Assembly: GCF_006345805.1 (NCBI RefSeq)
Contig: NC_043010.1
Span: 27,218,001-27,282,000 of the forward strand
Direction of reading: 5' to 3'
DNA length: 64,000 bases
Origin: Octopus sinensis
Lineage: Eukaryota
The stretch's first letter is position 1, and every line of letters begins with the position of its first letter. Position numbers and translations under genes: made by a program. Below, one piece after another: positions 1-12,065 of the stretch. The notes under the pieces are model-generated. The model searched no databases and was not told the origin of the DNA. It saw only the letters and a program-made list of their open reading frames with translations.

Positions 1-124
1 ATAAATATAAAAGTACATACGCACACATATATGTACACACACATCCACATATAAATGCACACACACACATATATGTACACACACATAAATGTATACACAC
101 ACCCACATATATATGTACACACAC

Positions 125-162
<38 letters not shown>

Positions 163-869
163 AGACAGAGGTAGAAAGGTAGAGGCGGTAGAGTGAAAAA
201 ATATATAGATGCAATACAATACACAGTGCGGACATTGAGTATTTTAATCTTTTCAAACATAAAACATTGAGTGCGCGCGGGCGGTTAGGCTAACACAATC
301 GAAGCCTGAACAGTTTTATGTATTTCAATGAACGCTGGCGATTCTGTATTTACTTTAATTAACACTGTCACCGTGTCAACAAACACTGTCGCCGTGTCAA
401 CAAACACGTCTTCGACAGACTGATGGCCGTTGGTGTGAAGAGATATAGCTTTGTGAAAGATCCTTCGCTTCTTTTGGAGAAATATTGCTTTTTTTCTTCA
501 TATATTTTAATTTATTTTCGAAAATACCGTTTTCTAGTCAAAAACTGGTAAAACCAGTCGATCTGTAACTGACCACCACGCCTCTGGATTTTTTTATTTC
601 CATTCCTCCAACCATTGTACCCATCTCGTTGTTGTCCTCTGCTACATTTCCAAGGGACCAGAGTGCACCGTCTGTATTTCACATCCTGAGATATTTCGTG
701 ACTAATGTATACAAGTTATTGCCTGTAGTTATGAAATACTGTATGTAGTGTGAAGACATTCAATGGCAATTTTTGATTCTGTTAGTATGGTGGTTGTGTT
801 CGGTTGTACTGGCTATTATTTGAAGGTGATTTATCTAATGTATGAGATTTTAGTTTAAAACGCGGAAGA

Positions 870-2200
870 CTGACATATGATAGCTATGAGAAAAATCTTA
901 TAATGAAAGAATGGATGTGAAAATAGGACATATTGCTTACAGTGAAAAGTTTTGTCTTAAATTCACAGAATTTTTCTGAAAAGAACAACAGCTGTGTTCC
1001 TCCAGGAAATTTAGTGTTGTTTTATTATAAAGAAAGACCCAAGCCCATCGGCAGAAAATGCCAAGCAGAAGACAATATCTTTGGATAAAGCAGACTCAGT
1101 ATCTGGAAAAACAAATGGAAGAATGGGTAGAAAATAAGAGAAAAAAAATGGATATATTTTTAGCAACATTGCATGTAAAATTCCAAGTAAAGGAAATGTC
1201 AAAAGACCAGAAATATACAAGTAGACAATCTTTTTCAAATTTTGAAATGGGTGGCGCCAGAGATTTTTCAGAAGGCATTCTTTAGCTGTATGTCAGAAAA
1301 TAAAAAGTTTCACAGAAATTCTTCATTGATTTGGTGATAAGTTTATAAAGTTTCGTAGTTTTATAATAAAAAGTTGTGTAATTTTGAACTGAGTCAAACT
1401 GGGAACATGGATGAAATGTAACAACCATGTTTTCTTTTTTGACATGTCAGTAAATAAAACTCTGGATATAATATGTAGAACTATGTTAGAACAAGACATG
1501 GGGAAGAAAAAAACACACTTTACTGCAGTTTTGTGTTGTCCTATTGTTATTTTTAAAAGAAAGACTATTTCAAAGAAAGCAAACAATTTCTCTACGCAAT
1601 TATTGTTCACTGCAACCTGAATGGGAAGGCAGACATAGGCTTATGACTGAGAGAATTATGGGATCAATGATCTGGCTTTAAGGAAGCCTGCAATATTGCT
1701 GTGGGCTCAGTTTAGGGTTTACCTTACGAAGAAAATGAAATACTTATTGAAAAATAAAAACTCATCAAGCTGCAATTCTATGTAGTTTGGCAAATATCCT
1801 TCAGTCCATCGATCGTGTTTTGAAGAGACCTCTTACAGATGAAGTTATGAAGTAGAAGATATCATGCCTGCTGTCATCTGATAACGACGAAGTGGAAGAG
1901 ACAGCAATAAATAATTTTAAAAAGCTTGGCTTCATTACAGTTTCCACTTGGGTTAAAGTGACTTGGAAAGCTTTACTTATTACATATAGTTTCCAAGAAC
2001 ATTTTAAAGACTAGCATCAATAGTAAATTGGATGAAACTGAAGATAACCTCTTTGTGGAATAATCGAGATGCAAGTATAGACACCACTACAAATTTAAAT
2101 TAAGAAAAAGATGATGAAATAATGTGAAAGGACTTTGATGGAAGTGATAAACTCAATTTATGAAAAATGACCAGCTTCCGCGACAGCCATCGCTCCATCA
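870..2200 (+). pseudogene. Decayed pogo/Tigger-type (CENP-B HTH + DDE_1) transposase
   Basis: Frameshifted pieces in the expected order: LEKQMEEWVENKR (HTH), GNMDE (~1401), FDMSVNKTLD, KTHFTAVLCC, PIVIFKRK, LQSID (LQPLD-like, ~1800). Many stops and indels. Confidence 0.8.
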
Positions 2201-2449
2201 TTAAAAAAAACCTTATTGAGCAGAAATAAGAACCTGGCCAGTTTTAATGTTTGTGTTTTAGCTTTTTGGTTTTTCGCATTTCAAGTTTTATAATTGGCAG
2301 CGATATAACTTTGGCTTGTTAAAACAAAATCATACGAATCTATGGCAGTTTTCGTGCGGTTTCGTTTTATTCGAGATCGTATAAATACGATCGAGTAAAA
2401 ACGGTAAATGTGTTTGGTCAGAACAGCAGTATAAAGCATACATACATTA

Positions 2450-2595
2450 AGGCGGTGAGCTGGCAAAATCGTTAGCACGCCGGACAAAACGCCTAAAGAC
2501 ATTTCGTCCGTTTTTACGTTCTGAGTTAAAATTCTACCATTTGTCCTCTCGGGGACAATAAAATAAGCACCAGGCCTTGTGCTAAAATTCGAAAC
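2450..2595 (+). mobile_element. SINE family A, internally deleted
   Basis: Head GGCGGTGAGCTGGCAAAATCGTTAGCACGCCGG and B-box-like GAGTTAAAATTC match other copies in the window. Confidence 0.75.
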
Positions 2596-2687
2596 CAATA
2601 TAAAGCATATTTTGGATAACTTAGTCCTAACACACATTGTCTAAATATGAGACGGGATAGTTTTTATTTATAGGCCTTCTCTATTAA

Positions 2688-2911
2688 CCCATTTAGTGCC
2701 ACTTTCCTATAAATAGGACACTAAATGAGAACATTAAACGAGCTATAATCACTTTGTTATATCAGTGTCCTATTTATAGGACACCGAGTAATTCCATTTC
2801 TACTTCAAGTAAAGGAGTTTTGATAATTATTTTTTTTTAACCTATTTTCAATCATCTGTAAAACTTTAAAAGTAATATTCAGAAATTTAAGTCCTCTGGA
2901 ACTTTATTGGG
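2688..2911. mobile_element. piggyBac-type MITE
   Basis: TTAA|CCCA...TGGG|TTAA termini (TTAA at 2684-2687 and 2912-2915) and an internal inverted repeat TCCTATAAATAGGACACT/AGTGTCCTATTTATAGGA. Confidence 0.55.
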
Positions 2912-3061
2912 TTAAGGCTAACTCGGGTTCAATAACAAAAAGCAAAATACATAAGGTGAATGTTGTGTTCGATCCATTATCTCTGAAAAAAAAAACAGAT
3001 AGAGTTGGATCGTCTGTGATCACATGCCAGCTGAATCAGAGATGGGGATAAGAAGAACACA

Positions 3062-3385
3062 ACTGGCATTCCATAGGTTGCAACGACGAGGGTTCCAGTT
3101 GATCTGAGAAACGGAACAGCCTGCTCGTGAAATCAACGTTGAAGTGGGTGAGCACTCCACAGACAAACGTATCCTTAATTTTGATCTTGAGGAGAGTCAG
3201 CGTGAGTCAGAATGTGATAAGGCTGGCCCTTTGAAATACGGATACGATTCATTTTTGGAAGCTGAGTGAACTGGAGCAACGTGAAATGAAGTGTTTTTCT
3301 TAAAGCAAAAAGTACTGCCGAAAATTGAAGTTATGTTCTTATGATCGTAAGCCGAATACTGAGACTACTAAGCCTCGATCATTCA
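3062..3385 (-). mobile_element. SINE family C (tRNA head, CORE-like body), diverged
   Basis: Collinear with 58930-59250; the minus strand starts GGCTTAGTAGT...ATTCGGCTTACGATC. Confidence 0.7.
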
Positions 3386-3561
3386 CAAGAAAAACAACAG
3401 ACTAAGCTTCTACATAATCACTCTACTTGATGCAAATGGCTGACACATCTCTTTCATTATTAATCAGTTCTAGTATTTTCCTATTTTCGTAAGCATAGGA
3501 GACAACGCTTGACATGCTTCGCTCTTATTCTGACGTCATCAGTGAGGCATAGCTCCTATTA

Positions 3562-3629
<68 letters not shown>

Positions 3630-4689
3630 TATATACATCTGCTATTCTTTCGGAATTGATAAAATAAGTACAAGTTGAGCGGTAGGGTCGATATAATCGA
3701 CTTACCTCCTCCGTCGAAATTGCTGGCCTTGTGCCAAACTTTAAAGCTAATATCACTGAAAATGTTAAGTAAGGGGAGTGGGGGACAACTTGGGGGTGAG
3801 ACCAATAGAATGTTGAAAAATATTTTGGTGGAATGTTGGGAGAAGCGAGATCTTAAAACGAAAAATATGAAGGCGAAGCAAGATATGTTGAAGAACATGA
3901 AAAAAAAACAACAGAACATAAAGAAGGAGAATATGAAGGAGATGGAGGGGGAGGAGAGGGAGAAAGGAAGTAAAATAATGAGGAAGTTGCATGAGCTCAA
4001 CGTGAGAAAGTATTAAAAGAAAGAAAAGTAAAATTGAGGGCAAATATTAGGGCGGAAGGTAAGAGTGGATCTTACTATTTCTCCCACTTTTCAAAACTTT
4101 TAGTAACATATCTAACTCCGTTTCTGCCGTTCGCGTCTTTGAACTTTCTTCCCGATAGAAGATTATAGATTAACGGTAAAACGTTGAGAGAAAAGGAAAT
4201 AGGCAGAATAAGGGAGAAAGAGAGAACTAGAAGATGGGAGAGAAAGCGACAAAGAGTAAGGACTATGGAAATATAAACATATGTGTGTGTGTGTATTTGG
4301 AGAGAGAAAGCGCGCGTGAGTGAGATAGAGAGAGAGAGAGAGAGAGCGGAGCAGACAGACAGACATAAAAAAATACCAGAGAAGGAAAGAGAGGAATGTT
4401 GAAAAGTGAGAAAGCACAAAAAGGGACTGGTAGAAAGAAAAGAGGAGGATAAAGTTAGGGAACAGTGGCAAAGAATCGAATGAGAAATCGAAAAGAATAA
4501 TACAAGAAGGAAATGTATAAAGAAAGATGAAAAAATGACATTCGTTTTGTCAAATGAAAGAATGACTGAGGCGATGATCCTTTTGCATCGTTTTGTCAGA
4601 TGAAATCGAAAAGAATAATAACCGAAGGAAACGATTAAACAAATAAAGGTTAGAGAAAGAAAGATACTGTAAAGGAATGACATGAAAAA

Positions 4690-5065
4690 TAACGAATAAT
4701 GAGTGACGGAGAGGATAGTATAATGAAAAAATGAGTAATGAGTAGGATGGTATAATGATGAACGAAGGGAAGGGTATTATAATGAAAAATGAGTGAAGGG
4801 AAGGATAATATAGTGATGAGCGAAGAGAAGTATATCATAATGATGAGCGAAGGGAAGGATAGCATAATGATGAGCGAAGGGAAGGATAGTATAATGATGA
4901 GCGAAGGGAAGGGTATTATAATGAAAAATGAATGAAAGGAAGGATAGTATAATGATGAATGAAGGGAAGGATAGTATAATGATGAGCGAAGGAAAGGGTA
5001 ATATTATGAAAAATGAGGCGAAGGGAAGGATAGTATAATGAAAAGATGAGTGATGGGAATGATAA
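4690..5065 (+). repeat. 27/31-bp purine-rich minisatellite within a GA-rich low-complexity tract (about 4.1-5.7 kb)
   Basis: Unit GAAGGGAAGGATAGTATAATGATGAGC alternates with variant GAAGGGAAGGGTATTATAATGAAAAATGAAT. Confidence 0.85.
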
Positions 5066-6024
5066 TACAATCAAGAAATGAGTGAAAAAACAGAATAATA
5101 GAAAGTGAGAAATGAAGAAGTGAAGATGAAAATTAATGACCAAAGAACGAGCGTAAGTGTTCAAAGGAAAGAAAAAATGGCGGAAACTATAAATAAATAG
5201 AATGATTTAATTGCTAAGATGTTGAGCGTAAAGTGATATTAGACACTGGAAGTGGCACAGGACGAAATGGAGAGAAAGCAAAAATAGAAAGGAAGGAAAA
5301 ACGGAAGAAAGAATAAAAGAAAATATTCAGAAAGAAGAAAGAGTACAAAAAAAAAATTAAATGGAAGAAAAATAAATCAATGAAACAAAAATAATGAAAA
5401 GAAAGAGGACGGAACGGAGAAGGAATAAATAAATAAATAAATAAAAAGAGCAAGAAATAGAGGTCAAGGAATGAATATTAAATAAATAAAACGGAAGAAA
5501 TACGGAAGAAAAGAAATGAAGTGAAATAAATAAATAAATAAAACAAAAAGGATTAAAGAAGGGGAAAAAGAGCGAGAACATGGATATGAATAAATAAAAC
5601 AAATAAAAAAGAATAACAAAAAATGATCAAAGGAAATGTAAAAAAATTAGAATTATGAACAAAGAAAGGAAGGAAGAAAAACAACTAAGCAATCAATTAT
5701 TTTCGAAGTTAGCAGCTTTTAAGGTGAAGTAAGTAATGATCAATTGTTAAATGTCTTTTAAATCCTGAAATGGCGGAGGAACCATCGACAGGAAAAGTGC
5801 TTTAAGTCGGTTTAATTTTCGGTTCCATGGCTTGAAGCGGATGGTAATAATTAATAATCCCATGGATAGACCGTCAGTCTACCGCAAGTGACGAGACAGC
5901 ATTCACTACCTCTAAAAGCCACTCAACAGCACGTTACTTGTATGAAGTCACTTGATCAGACACTCTACTTGTTTATCCACTGCCATGAGATCGTCTTCGT
6001 CCTTTTTCTTAACATTACAATGGC

Positions 6025-6229
6025 GTGAGGCTGAAAAGTTCCTGGCTTTGGATAAAAGAAATACAGGAGGATCAGTAAATTACTTTATTCAAAATATTCC
6101 CCCCTCAGATTCACACCCTGCAGCGGTTCTTCAGTTTATCTAAGCCCTGTAAAAGAACCCGGAGGTTAGGCCTCCAGCCAGGCCTTTCGTGATTCCCTTA
6201 AAGCCAGCAACTTTTGAGCACCCCTCATA
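6025..6229 (-). mobile_element. Mariner-derived MITE
   Basis: TIRs GCTGAAAAGTTCCTGGCTTT...AAAGCCAGCAACTTTTGAGC; an inverted sister copy lies at 53343-53570. Confidence 0.8.
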
Positions 6230-6327
6230 TTTTTACTCTTGTTCTTACACTAGCCTTTGATCCTCGATGTAAGATGGTCTTGTGCTATCTCGACTCAAGA
6301 ACTCCTGATTCGCTCATCAATCCACCA

Positions 6328-6985
6328 CCTATTTCTTTCTTCCTTCCTTCCTTCCTTTCTTCCTTCCTTTCTTTCTTCCTTTCTCTCTTCCTTTCTTTCT
6401 TCCTTCCTTTCTTTCTTCCTTCCCTTCTTTCTTTCTTCCTTCCTTTCTCTCTTCCTTTCTTTCTTTCTTCCTTCCTTTCTTTCTTTCTTCCTTTCTTCCT
6501 TCCCTTCTTTCTTTCGTTTTTCTTCCTTCCCTTCTTTCTTTCTCCTTTCTTCCTTCCCTTCTTTCTTCTTCCTTTCTTCCTTCCTTCTTCTTTCTTCTTT
6601 CTTCCTTCCTTCTTCTTTCTTCCTTCCTTCTTCCTTCCTTCTTCCTTCCTTCTTCCTTCCCTCTTCCTTCCTTCTTCCTTCCCTTCTTTTTTCTTTCTTT
6701 CTTTCTTTCTTTTCTTTCTTCTTTCTTCTTTCTTCTTTCTTTCTTCTTTTTTCTTTCTTTCTTCTTTCTTCTTCTTTCTTTCTTTTCTTTCTCTTTCTTC
6801 TTTCTTTTCTTTCTTTCTTTCTTTCTTTCTTCTTTTTCTTTCTTCTTCCTCCTTCCTTCTTCCTTCCTTCCTTCCTTCTTCCTTCCTTCTTCCTTCTTCC
6901 TTCCTTCCTCCTTCCTTCCTTCTTCCTTCCTTCCTTCCTTCCTTCCTTCCTTCCTTCCTTCCTTCCTTCCTTCCTTCCTTCCTTC

Positions 6986-7030
<45 letters not shown>

Positions 7031-7035
7031 TTTCC
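6328..7035 (+). repeat. ~700-bp almost pure polypyrimidine tract (CTT/CCTT/CTTT)
   Basis: Direct reading; accounts for the F/L/S/P-only ORFs. Confidence 0.95.
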
Positions 7036-7335
7036 GTCTTTACATTAGAATCTATTCATCGGTATTGTCTCATACTACTTATACTCGACACTTACTACTG
7101 TCGTGATCTTTACATAGAGTCAGACAAGTGCGAAACGTGAATGAAAAAGCGTAGAAATAGAAAGCAAAGAAGGAACAATGGCAGAAGTGTACAATGGAAG
7201 AAACAGAAAGGAACCTAATGCTTTGGGTGAGACCATTTATCAGAGAAAAGAAAAGCATACGACAGGCAAGAGAAAATCATACACTAATGAATTTACGTTT
7301 GTCTACATGGTGGACCTAGTGTGTAACATACATAC

Positions 7336-7392
<57 letters not shown>

Positions 7393-7481
7393 GTATGTAT
7401 GTTACATACGTCACCAGGAGGGCTGACGCCATCACGGCTTCCTCTAGCCTGCAAAGGGAGATCATTCCCCGAAGAAGCGGA

Positions 7482-7534
7482 TGCCACATACGAACCTAGG
7501 TTTCAAGGTGTTTGCCTATTATCAACGTATGGCA
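7482..7534 (-). ncRNA. Type I hammerhead ribozyme motif, U3:A8 core variant, GUU site
   Basis: Minus strand: TGCCATACG-TTGATAA-TAGGcaaacaCCTT-GAAA-CCTAGG-TT-CGTATGTGGCA. Confidence 0.65.
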
Positions 7535-7795
7535 GGCACCGCTACTCGACGAACGACTCTCTGTGCAGGCTATATATAAAGATTTTCACAGTAAATACAC
7601 TTACTGATGTAGAAAATCTGCCCTAGCCACATTCAGATGGCTAACGTCCCTTATGTTATGGAGCAGTTACTGTCTATATCTCGTTTAGAGAATTATTATT
7701 GCTGTCGAACAGATTTTCTACATCAGTAAATGTATTTACTGTGAAAATCTTTATATATAGCCTGCACAGAGAGTCGTTCGTCGAGTAGCGGTGCC

Positions 7796-7848
7796 TGCCA
7801 TACGTTGATAATAGGCAAACACCTTGAAACCTAGGTCCGTATATGGCA
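7796..7848 (+). ncRNA. Type I hammerhead ribozyme motif, U3:A8 core variant, GUC site (predicted cut after 7837)
   Basis: TGCCATACG-TTGATAA-TAGGcaaacaCCTT-GAAA-CCTAGG-TC-CGTATATGGCA; stem I pairs and helix III is the palindrome CCTAGG. Confidence 0.75.
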
Positions 7849-8106
7849 TCCGCTTCTTCGGGGAATGATCTCCCTTTGCAGGCTAGAGGACGCCGTGATG
7901 GCGTCAGCCCTCCTGGTGACGTTGATGATCGCCTGGGGCTAAATGCATCAGTAACACCCCCACCGCCCTGCCCTGTCCCTAGCCACATTCATATATAGCC
8001 TGCACAGAGAGTCGTTCGTCGAGTAGCGGTGCCTGCCATACGTTGATAATAGGCAAACACCTTGAAACACCTTATGTTATATATATATATATATATAATA
8101 TATATA

Positions 8107-8157
<51 letters not shown>

Positions 8158-8446
8158 GAGAGAGAGAGAGAGGAAGAAAGAGAGAGAGAGATTGATAGGC
8201 ATAACCTAGTAATAATAAAATTAGGTCTTCCTAAACTTTGTAAATTTTGACAGAGAAAATTGACAACAAAGCAAGCAAATAATCTGAGAAGCAAATGAAA
8301 ATAAATTCGCCAGTGGAAGAAGCAGAAAAGAATTAACTTTACGGGTGAGACCCTTTCTTAGGGAAGAAAAAAGAATAAGAGGGGCAAGAGAAAAGCAAAA
8401 GTTATACGCTGTCACTTATACGATGTCTGTTACGTGGCAGGCCAAG

Positions 8447-8518
<72 letters not shown>

Positions 8519-9324
8519 CAAGTAATAGTCACTGCTGAAAAATATAATCTTCCTAAACTTAGAAGATTTGATAGAAAAGGAAGGACAACAAAGCAAGCAG
8601 TTTGTGAAATAAAATAACGTGACCACAAAAAAGAAAAATTCAACAACAATCATGTCCCCCAGAAAAGTGTCTGGTTTCTAAATGGTTTCTTTATTGGGTA
8701 TGTTAGATTTAGAGAACCAAATGTGATGCCGAAGGATTAACCTAAAATTTAGTTCGCCCAAAGTAACGAAATTATCTGTTACACGTGTATAAAACACCTT
8801 TTATTGTTTTCGATATGGTCTAATTATCTGATTATCCATGTAACATGAAGTTTAATTAAAACAGTTTCCAAGCAAGGAATGGTATAATTAATTCGAATGC
8901 TTCATCAGTTTCAGACTGATGAATATTTCAGATCCAAGATATTTCAGATTTAAAATGACCAAATTGATAATTAATTATATTTTTCGGGAATTTTTGTTTT
9001 ATTTTTAACCAAAAAATAATTGCAGATCCATTTTTATCCAGTTATTAATCACTATTTACTGAATTCTTCTGTTCTGGTCAATATTGTGTTCCTTTTCTTT
9101 CAGGAGTCAATAAAATAATACTTACCACACAGTCCACCCTGCGTATATATATATATACACGCGCGAGAAAATAAACAATAGCAACGTGATTTGAAAGAGA
9201 ATTGTCTCTGTTTTCTTGAAGTTCGATGTTTGCATCACATTGCTGGTAGAATTTTAAACTAATTGGTGAAACCGATTGGTTAAATCGATTTCTGTGAAGT
9301 TAACTGCTTAGCTGAAACGCACAT

Positions 9325-9440
9325 TCTTTTCTACTCTAGAAAATTTTGGGGAGAGGGTCAGTCGATTTGATCTACCCAAGTACGCAACTGGTACTTAATT
9401 TATCGATCCCGAAAGGATGAAAGGTAAAGTCGATATTGAG
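9325..9440 (-). mobile_element. SINE family A 3' fragment
   Basis: CTGGTACTTAATTTATCGATCCCGAAAGGATGAAAGG is the reverse of the family body. Confidence 0.75.
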
Positions 9441-9878
9441 ACACTAAATGCCTACACTAGATTCGAACTTAAAACTCCTTGATCTAGAGGCCCCATTATC
9501 AGACCCATTCAGGACATTTTACTACTTCAATCTCAAGAGGTTTTATACACCAATTCACCGATTTAATTCATTTCAGGTCACGGAATAATAGGACAACAAA
9601 AACATCGAGAATCTTACATTATTTGCAGTGTCTTCTGCTAAATATACATAATTATATCAATACTTATTTTGTCCCAGTTAGCAGTTAACGGATTATAATA
9701 AGGAAAATAGAGATTACACTAGATTAGATTAAATTAGATTTATTAACTTCTTGTCTGTCGCAATTATCTGCTGAACAAGATGCTTAACACTTCTCTGTCG
9801 TGATGAATTCCTCGTGTTTCGATTGATGAAAGTTAATATTAAAACAACACTAAAAATTATTTATTATTAATCATCTTT

Positions 9879-10086
9879 CGGTAGCGAACTGGCAGAATCG
9901 TTAGCCGGAAAAATGATTAGCGGCATTTCGTCCGTCTTTACGTTCACTGTTCAGATTCCGCTGAGTTCGACTTTACCTTGTCATTTTTTCGGATTCGATA
10001 AAATTAGTACCAGTGAAACACTGGGATCGATGTAATCGGCTCATCCCCTCACTCAAAATTGCTGCCCTTGTGGTCAAATTTGAAAC

Positions 10087-10087
<1 letters not shown>
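9879..10087 (+). mobile_element. SINE family A
   Basis: Head, body and tail match other copies; ends at (ATT)n. Confidence 0.8.
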
Positions 10088-10135
<48 letters not shown>

Positions 10136-10136
<1 letters not shown>

Positions 10137-11160
10137 CTTCGTAACACAGTGTAGGTAAAAATGCACTGGAGTCTTTATTCATCTGTCAAGTCACAACAAG
10201 GACCTCAGACAAATAATACTTCCCTTAAGATGTGAGCTGTCCCCAATAAGACTGAAGACATCAATCTTGCATGGGATTTCCAGTCGCATTAAGAAGTCTT
10301 GAAGTTTCAATGGGATTGAGCCCAATGCTCCGATCACCAATGGTATCACTTTTACATTATCCTCTCGCATTCCATACAGTCTTGCTATTTCCACTTTCAA
10401 TTCGGAGTACTTGGTGATTTTTCAACCTCTTTACTCACAACATTCATGTCATTTGGTATGGCTACATCAACGGTCTGATAACATTTGTCTCTTATTCAAT
10501 ATGACAATATCAGGTCGATGGTGTTCGACTACACGATCCGTCTGAAAATTATAGTCCCAGAATATCATTACTTTTCCATCCACCTGCATAACTTTACTTG
10601 GTACATACTTATACCAGTTCTCTGTTACTTCATATTTGTATTTACGGCGTAAGAGCCAATGAAGATACACACACACTTTATCATGGCGGCGCTTGTATTC
10701 TTTTTGTGCAAGGCTCTCACATCCACTTTCCAAGTGGGTCACATTTTCCACACCCTTTCCACTGAGTCTATATTTCACTGATTTGGTAGCGAGTGCCTGG
10801 TCTTGTGCCACAATGATCAGTCTTTCGGTGGTTCGTTTCAAATCACCTCACTCAAGCCATGCCCACGATGCTGTATTATCCTTAACATCTTGTGTATTTC
10901 CTTTCAAACTGTCCATGCATTCTCATTTCAAGAAGGTATTTTCTCCTCTTTGGTTAAACGCTTCCTTGCCCATCATTTCATCTGCATTTACATCCATATC
11001 TTTCGCGGCATATTGCAGCAGGTCTTCATCACTATTTATCAATTACTCGGCAAGCGTTCTGCTTTCACTCCTTATACAATGGTCTATACTAATTAGTCCT
11101 CTGTCATCATTCTTTCGTTTCATATACAGTCTGTTTACGTTTGCTTTAGGGTGTAGCGCT
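10136..11160 (-). mobile_element. 5'-truncated Dong/R4-clade non-LTR retrotransposon (RLE endonuclease), pseudogenised
   Basis: ALHPKANVNRLYMKRK..RGL; IVAQDQALATK; ENVTHLESGCESLAQKEYKRRHD (zinc-knuckle region); RPDIVIL; VIPLVIGALG; 3' end runs into (AAT)n. Confidence 0.9.
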
Positions 11161-11175
11161 ATTCTTCTTCTTCTT

Positions 11176-11206
<31 letters not shown>

Positions 11207-11263
11207 TTATTATTATTATTATTATTCTCCTTCGTCTTACTATTATTATTATTACTATTATTA

Positions 11264-11302
<39 letters not shown>

Positions 11303-11321
11303 TATTATTATTATTATTATT

Positions 11322-11786
11322 GAGTGAGAGAGCAGTGCATGCCATCAAAGTGACACTGGGGTAAAATATACGAAGCCCAGCATACCCATCATGACTACCC
11401 GTCTGATAAGGGTACACCAGGCACATGCATCACAACCATATGTGCACGACATGGTGATCTCATATCAAGATAAACAGTACATGACCTTGCAGGTGGGGCC
11501 CTGTTAGAATTTTCTTCAGGTCGAGTAGCCCATCCTGCTCAAAAGGTCCCTGAATAAGGGTTGCTTTAGGATGTTGAACGAAACACCTATGTTTCCAGAG
11601 GTGAATTATTCAAACTCCAAAGAATCCCTCTCAACACATGGCTATGATGCTCCCCCACTACTTCTGCTCGTGATCAGAGATGCACGTATTGTCAGCCACT
11701 AAGGGACATGCTCAACTGGTTAAGGTCAAACAATTGACAAGTAAATCTGTGATATTGAGCAGAATATTTGCTGTAGCCCATCTTTT
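11322..11786. mobile_element. Unclassified ~465-bp insert embedded in (ATT)n, possibly the 3' end of a non-LTR element
   Basis: Complex, more GC-rich block flanked by (ATT)n on both sides; no motif confidently recognised. Confidence 0.4.
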
Positions 11787-11855
11787 ATTATTATTATTAT
11801 TATTATTATTAATATTATTATTATTATTATTATTATATTATTATTATTATTATTC

Positions 11856-11900
<45 letters not shown>

Positions 11901-11904
11901 TTAC

Positions 11905-12065
11905 ATGCCGGGCGAAATGCTTAGCGATATTTCGTCTGCCGCTTCGTTTTGGGTTCAAATTCCGCCGAGGCCGACTTTTGTCTTTAATCCTTTCGGGGTC
12001 GATAAATTAAGTACCAATGAAACACTTGGGTCGATGTAATCGACTAATCCCCTTCCCCCAAACTT
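11905..12065 (+). mobile_element. SINE family A, 5'-truncated
   Basis: GCCGGGCGAAATGCTTAGCG...GGTTCAAATTCCGCCGAGG...GTCGATAAATTAAGTACC. Confidence 0.8.

Larger units (their letters stand above)
7408..8080. mobile_element. Hammerhead-bearing repeat with inverted and tandem copies (Penelope pseudo-LTR or retrozyme-like)
   Basis: 213-bp inverted arms at 7408-7620 and 7710-7922 (about 4 mismatches); third partial copy at 7991-8068; CCCTAGCCACATTC repeated at 7621 and 7977; (TA)n on both sides. Confidence 0.75.

Noticed and set aside
361-407. 21-bp tandem duplication
   Set aside because: Ordinary local slippage.
6214-7140. 308-aa and 263-aa ORFs
   Set aside because: Translations of a CT-only tract that cannot contain stop codons.
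7399-7988. Twin 75-aa and 104-aa ORFs
   Set aside because: By-products of the inverted repeat; no recognisable domain.
8900-8922. CTGATGA on both strands
   Set aside because: A simple 9-bp hairpin without stem II plus GAAA.
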